64,000 bases of DNA from a virus (IMGVR_UViG_3300028833_000053), one strand, 5' to 3'; positions 1-9,154 are shown, counted from the first letter of the stretch. The notes: generated by a model not told the origin, from the letters alone. Numbers and translations are program-made.

Positions 1-48
1 CCCAAGACGGGCTGCTATGGTCACGATGAGCCCGCCGATCCAACTACC

Positions 49-480
49 GTGGCGTTCGCCGACCGTCTGCGCAAGGACTTGGGAATCATGACGAACCTTG
101 AAGCCATCAAGTGCAAGGCGGCGAGGTTCTTCATCCACGCGGACGACAACGAGTTGTGTGGAGACGAGATTTCGGAATCCGGCGCAAAGGACAAGGACTA
201 CAACAAGAAGACGGACAAGTGGGAGCCGGGAAAGGCGAAGTGGGACACCCAGTCCTACACCTATGACCGAGTTTGCGAGGTTCTGCTTGACCATCTTGTG
301 AAGGATGGGCGTATCAATCTAACGGACCCGAAGTTCCTGGAAATGATGAAGATTGACGAAAAATATCTGAGCGAGTGGGACAAGAAGCATGAGCAATTCT
401 ATGATTTCCACAATGGCAAGTCTTTCACTTGGCAGGACTTGAAGTTCAATTCGCTTGCCTGGAATCTGCATGAGGGTTGA
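49..480 (+). CDS. Hypothetical protein, probably truncated at the window edge
   Basis: Open frame with phage-like codon usage, ends TGA. Confidence 0.6.
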   Translation: MAFADRLRKDLGIMTNLEAIKCKAARFFIHADDNELCGDEISESGAKDKDYNKKTDKWEPGKAKWDTQSYTYDRVCEVLLDHLVKDGRINLTDPKFLEMMKIDEKYLSEWDKKHEQFYDFHNGKSFTWQDLKFNSLAWNLHEG

Positions 481-751
481 TGTGAAATCAGACAACGAGA
501 TTCTTCTGCTTTGCGATTGTTCCTCTTGCGAGCATCAGTTGATTGTCTCTTGGAACAACGATGACAAGGAAGTTTATGTTCAGGTGCATCTTTCAACCTA
601 CAAGGGTTTTTGGAAACGCCTTTGGGGTGGATTGAAATACGCATTTGGGCATAGGTCCCGCTATGGGGATTTTGACGAAGTTATCTTGCGCAAGTCCGAC
701 GCGGAGAATCTGCAAAAAGTTGTTGACCATCTTAAATCAAAACCTCAATGA
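470..751 (+). CDS. Hypothetical protein (CxCxxxxH motif)
   Basis: Overlaps the upstream stop; LLCDCSSCEHQL. Confidence 0.6.
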   Translation: MRVDVKSDNEILLLCDCSSCEHQLIVSWNNDDKEVYVQVHLSTYKGFWKRLWGGLKYAFGHRSRYGDFDEVILRKSDAENLQKVVDHLKSKPQ

Positions 752-752
752 A

Positions 753-789
753 AAGAGGAGGCTGTGGTTCAATCCGTCAGCCTCCTCTT
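753..789. terminator. Probable bidirectional intrinsic terminator
   Basis: 12-bp inverted repeat AAGAGGAGGCTG/CAGCCTCCTCTT between convergent genes. Confidence 0.7.
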
Positions 790-821
790 CAATTTTGGAT
801 TCGGGAAAGAACACACTTGAC

Positions 822-1058
822 TTAACGCGCATACGAAAAGCCGTCCTTGTATTTCTGATCTTCTTCATAGTGCGCCCCGTCCCATGTGGAATCCCCCGTC
901 TTCAAGAGGTTCATAAGCCTCTGCGTCCAATATTTGAGTGGGTGCTTTGACCTGAACAAAATCTCGTCGGCAAGAAGTTCAAGCATGTGCCTGTACTCCT
1001 GTTCGCCGGCGGGCGTCAGTCCATGGCAAAGTTCCAATGTCTTTGTCTCGTATACCAT
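822..1058 (-). CDS. Hypothetical protein
   Basis: ORF downstream of GGTAAATA on the minus strand (1091-1098). Confidence 0.5.
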   Translation of the reverse strand: MVYETKTLELCHGLTPAGEQEYRHMLELLADEILFRSKHPLKYWTQRLMNLLKTGDSTWDGAHYEEDQKYKDGFSYAR

Positions 1059-1161
1059 GATGTTGTGTGTATGTTGTGTGTTCTTGAATATATTTACCAT
1101 TTACAAGACAAGTGAAAAGGGGTATAATACACTGACGCAAACATCAACAAAGGCTATTGAT

Positions 1162-1392
1162 ATGGACAATGAAGGTTATACTGACGAGGAACTTGAGCAA
1201 ATGTTCAAGGAACGCGAAGAGGCAGAGGCTTCTGGCTTGTTTGACACCATAGAGGAACCCGACAAGGTGTTGAAGTTGACCGAGGAACAGGAATATGACT
1301 TGTGGATGGCAACTTCCTATTTGTCAAGATTGGCGCAACAAACAAATTCCTCGATGTCGGACCTATTGAAGGCTGGTGGATGCCAAGTCTGA
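1162..1392 (+). CDS. Acidic hypothetical protein
   Basis: MDNEGYTDEELEQ..., TATAAT upstream. Confidence 0.6.
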   Translation: MDNEGYTDEELEQMFKEREEAEASGLFDTIEEPDKVLKLTEEQEYDLWMATSYLSRLAQQTNSSMSDLLKAGGCQV

Positions 1393-1427
1393 AACGCATA
1401 TAATTCTAATGAAGGAAAGACAACGGA

Positions 1428-1724
1428 ATGAATCTACATAGACTATTCGCAGTGCATTGGTGTGATTTCACAACAAACGCCAAAACCATCCTTGGAGTGT
1501 TCAGGGACGAAAACAACGCAATCATGTTCAAGAACGACAAGGAGAAGGAACTTGCGGAAAGCAATGGCAACAACCTGCCTGATGGCAGGTATGAGATATG
1601 GCAGTTGGTCACGGACATTGACGTAGATGACATTATAAACCAAATCGTGAAGATCAACAGACTCAACAGACTCAACAGCATGACAAGCCACAACTACAAG
1701 ATTGGTGGAGTCACGAGGCATTGA
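1428..1724 (+). CDS. Hypothetical protein
   Basis: ORF track; AAGGA upstream. Confidence 0.55.
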   Translation: MNLHRLFAVHWCDFTTNAKTILGVFRDENNAIMFKNDKEKELAESNGNNLPDGRYEIWQLVTDIDVDDIINQIVKINRLNRLNSMTSHNYKIGGVTRH

Positions 1725-1747
1725 CAATTTGAAAGGACAAAACAACT

Positions 1748-2728
1748 ATGTCAGAAGATACAAGCAACGAAGAGCATAATGAACTCAACGCCCAGTACGA
1801 TGAGTTGAAGAAGGTTATGGACGATGCCGCACGAATCAAGACGGACATCAACTCCAACTACAAGGAAACACTTAAGAACATGAAAAGGGAATTCTCCGAG
1901 TTCATGTTTGACAACATCGACCAGAACTTCAGGAGAACCGCAGAACGTCTTGGACTGTTCAATGGCTTTGCGGACGTTGAGGACAAGAAGAAGCGCGAGA
2001 AGAAAGAGGACGCCGCGCTCAAGTCCTTCTTTGGCAAGATGTTCATGAAGTCAAAGGAGTTCGAGTACCTCAAGAAGGGTGGAAAGCCCAAGGAGACAAC
2101 TCCGCCAAAGTGCGATTCCTACGTTATGGACATCATCGCAAGCATCTACGCTTCAAGGTTGATTCCAGAGGTGAAACGTGCATTGGACACCGCCGGGGTT
2201 GAAATCAACTTCACCAAGCCGGTGACGCAGCTTGACCTTGAAAACAACGAGGACGATCAGAAGACCATAAAGGACTACATTGACCGCGGAGCGAACATAC
2301 AGAACGAAATCTTCGAGAAGAACGCGGAAATCGAGGATGTCATCTTTGAGAACATTCCCGACAGGATGAAGTTCTCGGAGACCAATCCAAAGGGTATCAA
2401 GAAAGCGCAGTTCAGTGCATTGGCGGAACTTCAGGCGAAGTCCGACGAGCTTTCCATGAACGGTGACGCCGACAAGGCTTCCGACATCGTGGAGAAGCAA
2501 TGCGACAAGCACCACGAAAACTCCAAGAACCAGGAAATGCTGGCAATCGTCACGGAACTCATCCTCACGCCAAATGGGGAATCTGGTCCGAAAGAACCAA
2601 TGAACTACGAAGAGGCTCTTGGTGGTACGGAGGAAGTTGAAGAACCAGAAGAGCATGAAGAGCGGGAAGTTGAGGAACAGAAGCCGGCAAAGAACCTCGA
2701 CAAGCTCGTTGGAGAGGACATGGACTGA
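1748..2728 (+). CDS. Acidic, helical hypothetical protein (326 aa)
   Basis: Long ORF with strong codon bias, AAAGGA upstream. Confidence 0.8.
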   Translation: MSEDTSNEEHNELNAQYDELKKVMDDAARIKTDINSNYKETLKNMKREFSEFMFDNIDQNFRRTAERLGLFNGFADVEDKKKREKKEDAALKSFFGKMFMKSKEFEYLKKGGKPKETTPPKCDSYVMDIIASIYASRLIPEVKRALDTAGVEINFTKPVTQLDLENNEDDQKTIKDYIDRGANIQNEIFEKNAEIEDVIFENIPDRMKFSETNPKGIKKAQFSALAELQAKSDELSMNGDADKASDIVEKQCDKHHENSKNQEMLAIVTELILTPNGESGPKEPMNYEEALGGTEEVEEPEEHEEREVEEQKPAKNLDKLVGEDMD

Positions 2729-3069
2729 TGGGCGAGTCCTATTCAACATTGGTTGTGCAGCCAATCGACTTGGTGCGGGCGTTCAAGCTGGATTTCTGCT
2801 TTGCGTCCGTAATCAAGTGGCTGACGAAGTGGCACATGGAGAAGAAAACGGAATACTTGACAAGGGCGAAATACTACATCAACCTTTGCGACAACACCGA
2901 AAATCCAATGGGGCTTCTCTTTTCGCTTCGTATGTACTGCATATTGAATGGCTTTATGAAGAAGGATGCGCAGTCTTGTTTCTTGATGGATGTATGCACT
3001 CTCATATTGAAGGGCGACAAGGACAGTGCCAACTTCCTTTTGCTTAAGGGATGGGCCGATGAGCATTGA
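2728..3069 (+). CDS. Divergent DUF3310-like protein
   Basis: Y..LVVQPIDLV...LDF...VIKW...K.EYL.RAKYYI resembles the DUF3310 pattern. Confidence 0.5.
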   Translation: MGESYSTLVVQPIDLVRAFKLDFCFASVIKWLTKWHMEKKTEYLTRAKYYINLCDNTENPMGLLFSLRMYCILNGFMKKDAQSCFLMDVCTLILKGDKDSANFLLLKGWADEH

Positions 3070-3778
3070 TTAGCAATACGAAGACGCAATCCTCGCCGGA
3101 AACAACTACCTTGGGATTTAGCTTGCCTTGAAACAAGCTGAAAGCCAAGGTTTTTCCGTTCCAGCATACCACGGTACGTACCAGACCTTTGATGAATTCA
3201 AGGAACATGACATCGGGTTCCATTTCTCAAAGGACATAACGATTGCATAGAACCGCCTTGACGATAAGTTTGACGAATGCGACTACACCAATCCGGAACG
3301 TATACTTCATGTTGCACTGTCCATACACAATCCAATTGTGGTAAAGGCGGACATTGGATCTTGGTCTGCGAAGGACATATTGGACGCAGCATCGTACAAA
3401 TACACCAAAACCCCATTTATGTCTCAAGACAGTATGTATTTGTATGAGCAGAAAGCCTGGGCATAGGCGGCGCACAAGGTGTTGAAATCCATTGGCATAG
3501 ACAAGGAAACGGCGCTTGAATTGCGTTCGGGATTAAATACCAGTCCCAAATTGAATTCAGAATACACAGACCATCTGAGACAAAAGTGCATTGAAAGCAA
3601 ATACGATGCCATAATATATCCAAATGATTTTGAATTGCAAGAGGGATTTGACCCTACTTGCTACATCGTTTTCCAGCCAAACCAGATAAAGAGCCTGGAG
3701 CCAACGTATCTCGGCGATGGGAGTCTAATGAGACTGTCAGACAGGTTCAACATCAACTCCCCGTTTTTGAGCCATTGA
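3059..3778 (+). CDS. ADP-ribosyltransferase-like (ART-PolyVal-type) protein, 239 aa with 4 in-frame TAG
   Basis: Reading through TAG gives AYHGTYQTFDEF...IGFHFS...YDAIIY...YIVFQPNQIKS; ends TGA. Confidence 0.65.
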
Positions 3779-3885
3779 AGGTAAATATATCTTGACACCA
3801 ACATTCCCCTTACGTGGAATGATACATAAGTCAAAATGTAAAACCAACGATACACACATCAAGGTTTCGGAGATAGAGGCACAAA

Positions 3886-4575
3886 ATGGCAGACATCAAC
3901 ATACCAGTGACGAATCCATCGTTGAACGCAAGTCTGAGCGATCAATCGAAGGTAGACGACTCCATCAAGCAGGAGAGCGTGGTGATAAACGCATCCAGCG
4001 GGTCCACAATCAACAACAACTCCGGAAACAAGCATGGGGAACTGACAAGAAAGACCTCTATGATTATAATGATTCTTCTGTCTGCCTTATGCGACTGCGG
4101 ACTTGGGTTCATTCTCTACAACCACCAGCTGGAGATACGGTATCAGTCCAAGTAGGAGCAGTAGACACTCTCGCATCAGATAGCAGATACGAACAGGGAA
4201 CTAAAATAGGCCATCAAGGACGCCCAAGCCGCGCATAAGTGTTTGCATGACGAGACATAGGCCGTAAAGAAGCAGACCGAGTTGATGAAAAATGAGACGA
4301 AGACCCAGACCGAGATTGTGAGGAAGGAGGCGAAAGAGGGGACGATATGGTTGTTGCGAGACGATATCATCAAGACAATAGATATCCATGAAGCCATGAA
4401 GAAGATAACTCCCAAGCAGTACAAGCGGTTGAAGGACGAGTTCGATTACTACACCTCAATTGGCGGCAACCACGATGTAAAGGAAAGGTTTGACGATTTC
4501 ACGACCAAGATTTACGGCACGGGCGAAGTCAAGATGATCAATGAAATCCAACTTCTACAGGAAGAAAAGAAATAA
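3886..4575 (+). CDS. Holin-like membrane protein with 4 in-frame TAG
   Basis: One TM segment, coiled coil, then LLRDDI...YTSIGGNH; ORFs 3886 and 4282 are in one frame separated only by TAG. Confidence 0.55.
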
Positions 4576-4587
4576 GGGGAAACAATC

Positions 4588-4992
4588 ATGAAGAAACTCA
4601 TATACGTTGCGTCAATTTGCCTTGCACTTGTTTTGTGTGGATGCTTTGCCAAGGTCACGGTGAACAAGCGTCCAAACGTGGCACTTCCAATATACGATTC
4701 CTACAGCCAAATGTACTACCCCACCAACAAGCCAGTGATTGTCAACTACATGATTCTTGACCAGGGATATGAAGTGCAATACCGCAAGTTTGGATTCAAC
4801 ACGGACATCCAGTCAATGTCCGCCGAGATCACAACCAACAAGACCGTGAATTTCCAACTTGGGGGACTTCATTCAGTTTCTGCAACCACCAACAACATCA
4901 GTATAAAGTTGGATGAGATATTGAAGATTGCCCAATTGTTCAGGGATTCCACCAATGACGTAATTGTTATAGACCGTCAGGAATTGAAGTAA
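4588..4992 (+). CDS. Lipoprotein, possible spanin or lysis accessory
   Basis: Signal peptide with lipobox-like LVLCGC. Confidence 0.6.
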   Translation: MKKLIYVASICLALVLCGCFAKVTVNKRPNVALPIYDSYSQMYYPTNKPVIVNYMILDQGYEVQYRKFGFNTDIQSMSAEITTNKTVNFQLGGLHSVSATTNNISIKLDEILKIAQLFRDSTNDVIVIDRQELK

Positions 4993-5393
4993 AAATTTCC
5001 CAACATAAAATATTTTTCGTAACGCATATCGGATTTTCTCTTGATTTGCGTAAATATCCTTTGATGAAATGATGGAAGATTGGTTTTTCCACTTTATTTC
5101 TGACGCGAAAAGCTGTATAATTGAAAACGACATGAAGCATTGCAATACATATTGTGGATCAAGTTATTCCGCATCCCAAGTTTGGGGCGCGGAGAATGGA
5201 TCCATTTTGTTTGGCAACGCCGACCGTCGAGTGATCCTTCCCGCGCTGGAAAAAGAAGCAAAGTGGAATAGGAAGAAGAGGTCTACCATCATCTGAAGCG
5301 AAGAGAAGTTCAAGATAGACATAGGAAAGCAAGGAAGATGGGATGACCTGGAAGGAAAAAGGTCATCCCAAAATTTTTCTGAAAAATATTTTG

Positions 5394-5440
5394 AAACCCC
5401 CTTTACTTTGGAAACCGGATGTGATATACTGTGTGTGTTC
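5394..5440 (+). promoter_or_regulatory. Sigma70-type promoter P1 of the tRNA operon
   Basis: AAACCCC-TTTACT-17 nt-TATACT with TG extension. Confidence 0.7.
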
Positions 5441-5531
5441 TCTGCGAGAGGAAGGCTGATGAAACGAAGCCACCTCTGGCAGGTGAACGCGAGAGCCTGA
5501 GAAGCTGGGTAGAACCAGTGAGAAAGGCATC

Positions 5532-5561
5532 GTTCTTTGACAATTGAATGTTTTGACGTTT
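5532..5561 (+). promoter_or_regulatory. boxA-like antitermination element plus leader motif
   Basis: GTTCTTTGACAATTGAATGTTTTGACGTTT, compared with rrn boxA TGCTCTTTAACA. Confidence 0.6.
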
Positions 5562-5679
5562 GGTTGTTCCCCCGCAAGGGGGAATGAACCAAAGCGATAA
5601 AGGAAAGACTAGGCTTTGTTGTGCGAGTCTCCCCTTTGGCGGCGAACGTCCAGAGGTCTAAAGCAAACATCCTTGCTAT

Positions 5680-5754
5680 CACGGTGTAGCAAAATGGTCT
5701 TGCAACGGACTTTTAATCCGTGAGATGCGGGTTCGAGTCCCGTCACCGTGACCA
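5680..5754 (+). tRNA. tRNA-Lys(TTT)
   Basis: Cloverleaf, CACGGTG/CACCGTG, loop CT-TTT-AA, CCA. Confidence 0.9.
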
Positions 5755-5795
5755 AATCAAGTGAAACGCCTAAAAACTTTTTTCAGAATTTTCCG

Positions 5796-5842
5796 AAACC
5801 CCCTTGCTTTTGGGGAACGGATATGGTATACTGTGTGTGTTG
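5796..5842 (+). promoter_or_regulatory. Sigma70-type promoter P2
   Basis: AAACCCCC-TTGCTT-17 nt-TATACT. Confidence 0.7.
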
Positions 5843-5878
5843 ACGCGAAACAAGGTTTCCACGCGAAACAAGGTTTCC
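5843..5878 (+). repeat. Perfect 18-bp tandem duplication in the P2 leader
   Basis: ACGCGAAACAAGGTTTCC x2. Confidence 0.9.
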
Positions 5879-5925
5879 ATCAACGCCGCTCTTTGAAGGT
5901 TGCGCGAGCAACCGGCAAGAACAAA

Positions 5926-5944
5926 GCTCTTTGACAACTGAATG
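5926..5944 (+). promoter_or_regulatory. boxA-like element 2
   Basis: GCTCTTTGACAACTGAATG. Confidence 0.6.
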
Positions 5945-6116
5945 ATTCAATGTAGGAAAGACTGTTCCGCTTGGCGGAACATTCATCACGCAAGTCACCC
6001 CTTGGAGGAAACTCATAAGAGAACCTTGGGTCTAGCGCGGATGGTTCTACGATTTCAAACGATTCTTAAATTGGGCCGAAGCATCGGGCCCAAGCCAACG
6101 CGAGGCGATCAGTCCT

Positions 6117-6178
6117 TATCCACTGGCGTGGTTGCATACGAATGTGTGCAATGCGGGTTCGACTCCTGCGGTGGGATA
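6117..6178 (+). ncRNA. D-armless tRNA-like mini-RNA
   Basis: Acceptor-like stem, one hairpin, T-arm GCGGG-TTCGACT-CCTGC. Confidence 0.5.
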
Positions 6179-6197
6179 GATGCTCCAATTTCAAGAT

Positions 6198-6273
6198 TGC
6201 GGGACGGTGCATCGGTTGCATATCGGGTTCATACCCCGAAGATGGTTGGGTTCGACTCCCACTCCCGCTACCA
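6198..6273 (+). tRNA. Initiator tRNA-Met(CAT)
   Basis: 1:72 mismatch, GGG/CCC anticodon stem, CCA. Confidence 0.85.
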
Positions 6274-6787
6274 ATTTGGAATGACGACGTGAAGTTCTCT
6301 GGCAAGAGACGCGAACATACTGGACCGATAGTTCCCCAGAACGGGTCAAAGTTCATGATACTGAAGGTATGGGCGTTCCAATTCCATTTGAATCAAAGGT
6401 AAGGCGAATTTGCTCTGTGGTGTAAGCAAACACACCTCCTGACAATAGGAGGAATTGGCCTGCGATTGGTCTGGAGCAACCGTGGTATGAAAAATCCACA
6501 CCTCATATTAAAGGACAAAACGTCATTTGGAGTAATTGACCAGTTGGCGCCGAGAATATGATAGATTGCCTTTGAGAACGACCTTTCAAGGTCGTAAAGA
6601 ACGACCTTTTCAATTTGCGCAAAAGCCCAGACGTGGGCAAGGTTGTACGGTGAAGTACGTTATACCTGCGTTATAAAGGACATGAGCATCCGGACGATGC
6701 CGCCCCGAGAGTAAAATGGGGAAAGACCAGGGGTTCAACTCCCACATGTCCCAGCGAAATTTCAAATTGGTTGCGTTGCGCAACCTT

Positions 6788-6867
6788 GACGCGAATGGAA
6801 GCTGAAGAAGGTTTGAAATCGTAAGTTCAAATAGCGTTCAGCCCTTGGTCCGATTCCAAGGCGCGTC
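6788..6867 (+). ncRNA. D-armless tRNA-like mini-RNA
   Basis: GACGCG/CGCGTC stem, GCTGAA/TTCAGC helix, T-arm CTTGG-TCCGATT-CCAAG. Confidence 0.5.
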
Positions 6868-6881
6868 TTTACAATTTAGAT

Positions 6882-6969
6882 TCGGCAATACCCGAGTTGG
6901 TAGCAGGGGAGGGACTGTTAATCCCTTGGCGAAAGCCCGTCGCTGGTTCGAGTCCAGCTTGCCGAGCCA
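6882..6969 (+). tRNA. tRNA-Asn(GTT) with a long variable arm
   Basis: Loop CT-GTT-AA, V-arm GGC-GAAA-GCC, G73, CCA. Confidence 0.85.
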
Positions 6970-6976
6970 TTTCAAT

Positions 6977-7052
6977 GCTCCAGTAGCTCAATCGGCAGAG
7001 CATGGGACTCTTAATCCCGGGGTTGTGGGTCCGATTCCCACCTGGAGTACCA
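6977..7052 (+). tRNA. tRNA-Lys(CTT)
   Basis: Cloverleaf, CCA. Confidence 0.9.
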
Positions 7053-7057
7053 ATTTC

Positions 7058-7143
7058 CTTGCTGTTGCTGTTGGTTCAAATCCAACCTGGTCTGAAAGGC
7101 ATTGCCAGGACCGGAAAGCGATGCGATTGGTTTCAACAGCGGG
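7058..7143 (+). ncRNA. Circularly permuted tRNA-like RNA (YrlA/Y-RNA-like topology)
   Basis: Terminal 10-bp stem enclosing a T-arm, a loop-closed acceptor-like stem and a D-like arm, in that order. Confidence 0.45.
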
Positions 7144-7326
7144 ATTCTTTTCTTCAAACATTGAACGCCACACCTTTCGTATTAGTGGCTAGTACGCCCC
7201 GTGGCAGACGGGGAGAGGTTGGTTCGAGTCCAACAAGGTTAAAGCTGGCTTTCAATGTTTCGCGCCTTGCATCGGGCGCAGGTTGGCAAGGTGCGTGTTC
7301 TAGTTCGCGCAGTCCCAACTGAAACG

Positions 7327-7381
7327 TCCATATACGGCCTGAGTGATGATCACCACTCGTGGGTTCAACTCCCACTATGGA
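7327..7381 (+). ncRNA. D-armless tRNA-like mini-RNA
   Basis: TCCATA/TATGGA stem, one hairpin, T-arm GTGGG-TTCAACT-CCCAC. Confidence 0.5.
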
Positions 7382-7403
7382 AGTAGATGCGGCCTTTCTA
7401 AAT

Positions 7404-7482
7404 GGTTCCGTAGACCAATTTTGGCAGAGTCACATGCTTGAGGTGCATGACAGTATGGGTTCGAGTCCCATCGGAACTACCA
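7404..7482 (+). tRNA. tRNA-Leu(GAG), short variable loop
   Basis: Cloverleaf, CCA. Confidence 0.85.
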
Positions 7483-7484
7483 AT

Positions 7485-7561
7485 GGATGCGTAGCCCAAC
7501 GGCAGGAGGCAAATGACTCAAAATCATTACAGTGTGGGTCCGAATCCCACCGCATCTACCA
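7485..7561 (+). tRNA. tRNA-Leu(CAA), short variable loop
   Basis: Cloverleaf, CCA. Confidence 0.85.
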
Positions 7562-7570
7562 TTTCAAACT

Positions 7571-7649
7571 GGTGGCGTAGCCCAATTTGGCAGGAGGCAG
7601 CGGTTTCAAACTCCGCGTAGTATGGGTTCGAGTCCCTTCGCCACTACCA
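7571..7649 (+). tRNA. tRNA-Leu(CAA), second copy with a U31-U39 mismatch
   Basis: Leu-type D-loop, loop TT-CAA-AC, CCA. Confidence 0.7.
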
Positions 7650-7667
7650 CTTTGTATAATTGGATGT

Positions 7668-7958
7668 ATGGAAAACGATATTGTTCTTGACTTCATACAT
7701 CGCAGGTTTCCAGACGATTGCCGTTGGCTCAATGGAAACTGCTACTTCTTCGCGTTGATTCTCCGCGAACGTTTCCCATGCGGGAAAATCCTCTATGATG
7801 TCATAGACGGGCATTTCGTTTGCGAGATTGATGGAAAGAAGTACGATTGGTCTGGAATCGTGAATGAATCTGGTGAACACCAATGGGTTGAATGGGACAG
7901 ATTCTACGAATACGACAATCTTCAATTTGAACGTGTGGTGAAAGACTGCACGATGTGA
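7668..7958 (+). CDS. Hypothetical protein inside the tRNA array
   Basis: MENDIVLDFI...GNCYFFA...YDWSG; own TATAAT 7 nt upstream. Confidence 0.7.
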   Translation: MENDIVLDFIHRRFPDDCRWLNGNCYFFALILRERFPCGKILYDVIDGHFVCEIDGKKYDWSGIVNESGEHQWVEWDRFYEYDNLQFERVVKDCTM

Positions 7959-7995
7959 AACATCGCATGATGCAGAGCATCACACGTTATGACAT

Positions 7996-8074
7996 GGCGG
8001 TGTAGCCCAACTTGGCAGGAGGCAGCACGTTCAGGGCGTGTGTAGTGTGGGTCCGAATCCCACCATCGCTACCA
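7996..8074 (+). tRNA. tRNA-Leu(CAG), short variable loop
   Basis: Cloverleaf, CCA. Confidence 0.85.
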
Positions 8075-8076
8075 AT

Positions 8077-8154
8077 CAGTGAGTAGCTCAGTCTGGCTAG
8101 AGTGCCGGGCCCGGAACCCGTAGGTCGCAGGTTCAAATCCTGCCTCACTGACCA
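8077..8154 (+). tRNA. tRNA-Pro(CGG)
   Basis: C1-G72, A73, CCA. Confidence 0.85.
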
Positions 8155-8169
8155 TTTTCAATTTCACAA

Positions 8170-8244
8170 GTCGGGATAGCATAATGGTGGTGCTAGGGAA
8201 TCATAATCCCTCGGTTGTGGGTTCGAGTCCCTCTCCCGACACCA
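8170..8244 (+). tRNA. tRNA-Met or Ile2 (CAT)
   Basis: Cloverleaf, CCA. Confidence 0.8.
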
Positions 8245-8253
8245 AATTTCAAT

Positions 8254-8329
8254 TGGAGTATGGCGAAGTGGTTAACGCACTGGTCTGATACACCAGCATA
8301 CGATGGTTCGATCCCATCTACTCCAACCA
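8254..8329 (+). tRNA. tRNA-Ile(GAT)
   Basis: Cloverleaf, CCA. Confidence 0.9.
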
Positions 8330-8339
8330 ATTTTCAAAA

Positions 8340-8427
8340 CGTCAGGTGCAGCTGAGTAGCGAAGGCCTGTGACTGTAAATCACAGACATTGGAAACAACG
8401 TAGGTGCGAGTCCTACCCTGACGACCA
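8340..8427 (+). tRNA. tRNA-Tyr(GTA)
   Basis: Loop CT-GTA-AA, long V-arm, C1-G72, CCA. Confidence 0.85.
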
Positions 8428-8476
8428 ATTTCAAGTAGTTCATTAGATTTACACTGTAAATCTTGTAAATACTATT

Positions 8477-9151
8477 ATGAACTACAATAAGATTTATAAT
8501 GATTTGATTTAGAAGCGAATTGATCATCCTCTTGAACGAACCTATGACGCTTCAATTGAGGAACATCATATTATTCCTCGATCATTTGGTGGTACAAATG
8601 ACAAGACTAATTTGGTCAATCTGACTTTACGAGAACACTTTGTTGCGCATCTCCTTCTATGGCGCATAAACAAAAATGATTATGTGAAATGTGGTAAAAT
8701 GATAAGTGCGTTATTCTTTATGATGAAGAGGGCGCATAAACTATCATCCAGATTATATGAGAAATTGAGAGTAATGGGTGGTTCTTGGAACGGAAGACAC
8801 CATTCTATTGAAGTGCGTGAAAAAATAAGAATGTCAATGACACCATCTGAATCTTCAAATCCCAGAGTTTGGGTATGCAAAAATGGCATGGTAAAATACA
8901 TACCCAAGGAAAAATTGAATGACTTCTTATAGAAGGGGTGGATTAGAGGTAGAATGGGATATAAACCAAGGAAAAATAAATAGGGAACGATAATAGAAGA
9001 TGGCATAACAAAGGCATTCTATAAAACATGTGAAGGTAGGGTTTATATTCATAACGAAATCTTGAAATAGACCAAACGAGTAATAAAAGACGATGTTTCT
9101 GAATTTTAGAGAAGTGGCTGGAAACTCGGAAGAAAAATATACAACAAATAA
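8477..9151 (+). CDS. HNH homing endonuclease, 224 aa with 5 in-frame TAG
   Basis: MNYNKIYNDLI(TAG)KR...EEHHIIPRSFGGTNDKTNLVNLTLREHFVAH; NUMOD3-like GRHHSIE; ends TAA. Confidence 0.85.
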
Positions 9152-9154
9152 TTT

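Noticed and set aside
1655-1678. 9-bp tandem repeat TCAACAGAC, and KKAP repeats near 24715-24747
   Set aside because: Short in-frame slippage repeats with no further evidence of function
6412-6755. Two degenerate cloverleafs (about 6412-6478 and 6678-6753), plus similar ones at 7172-7250 and 13288-13376
   Set aside because: Anticodon loops irregular and no CCA; cannot assign an isotype, so not listed as tRNAs
7571-7649. Possible opal suppressor or tRNA-Sec (TTTCAAA loop)
   Set aside because: Standard numbering puts CAA at 34-36; the body is Leu-type, and TGA is used as a stop throughout
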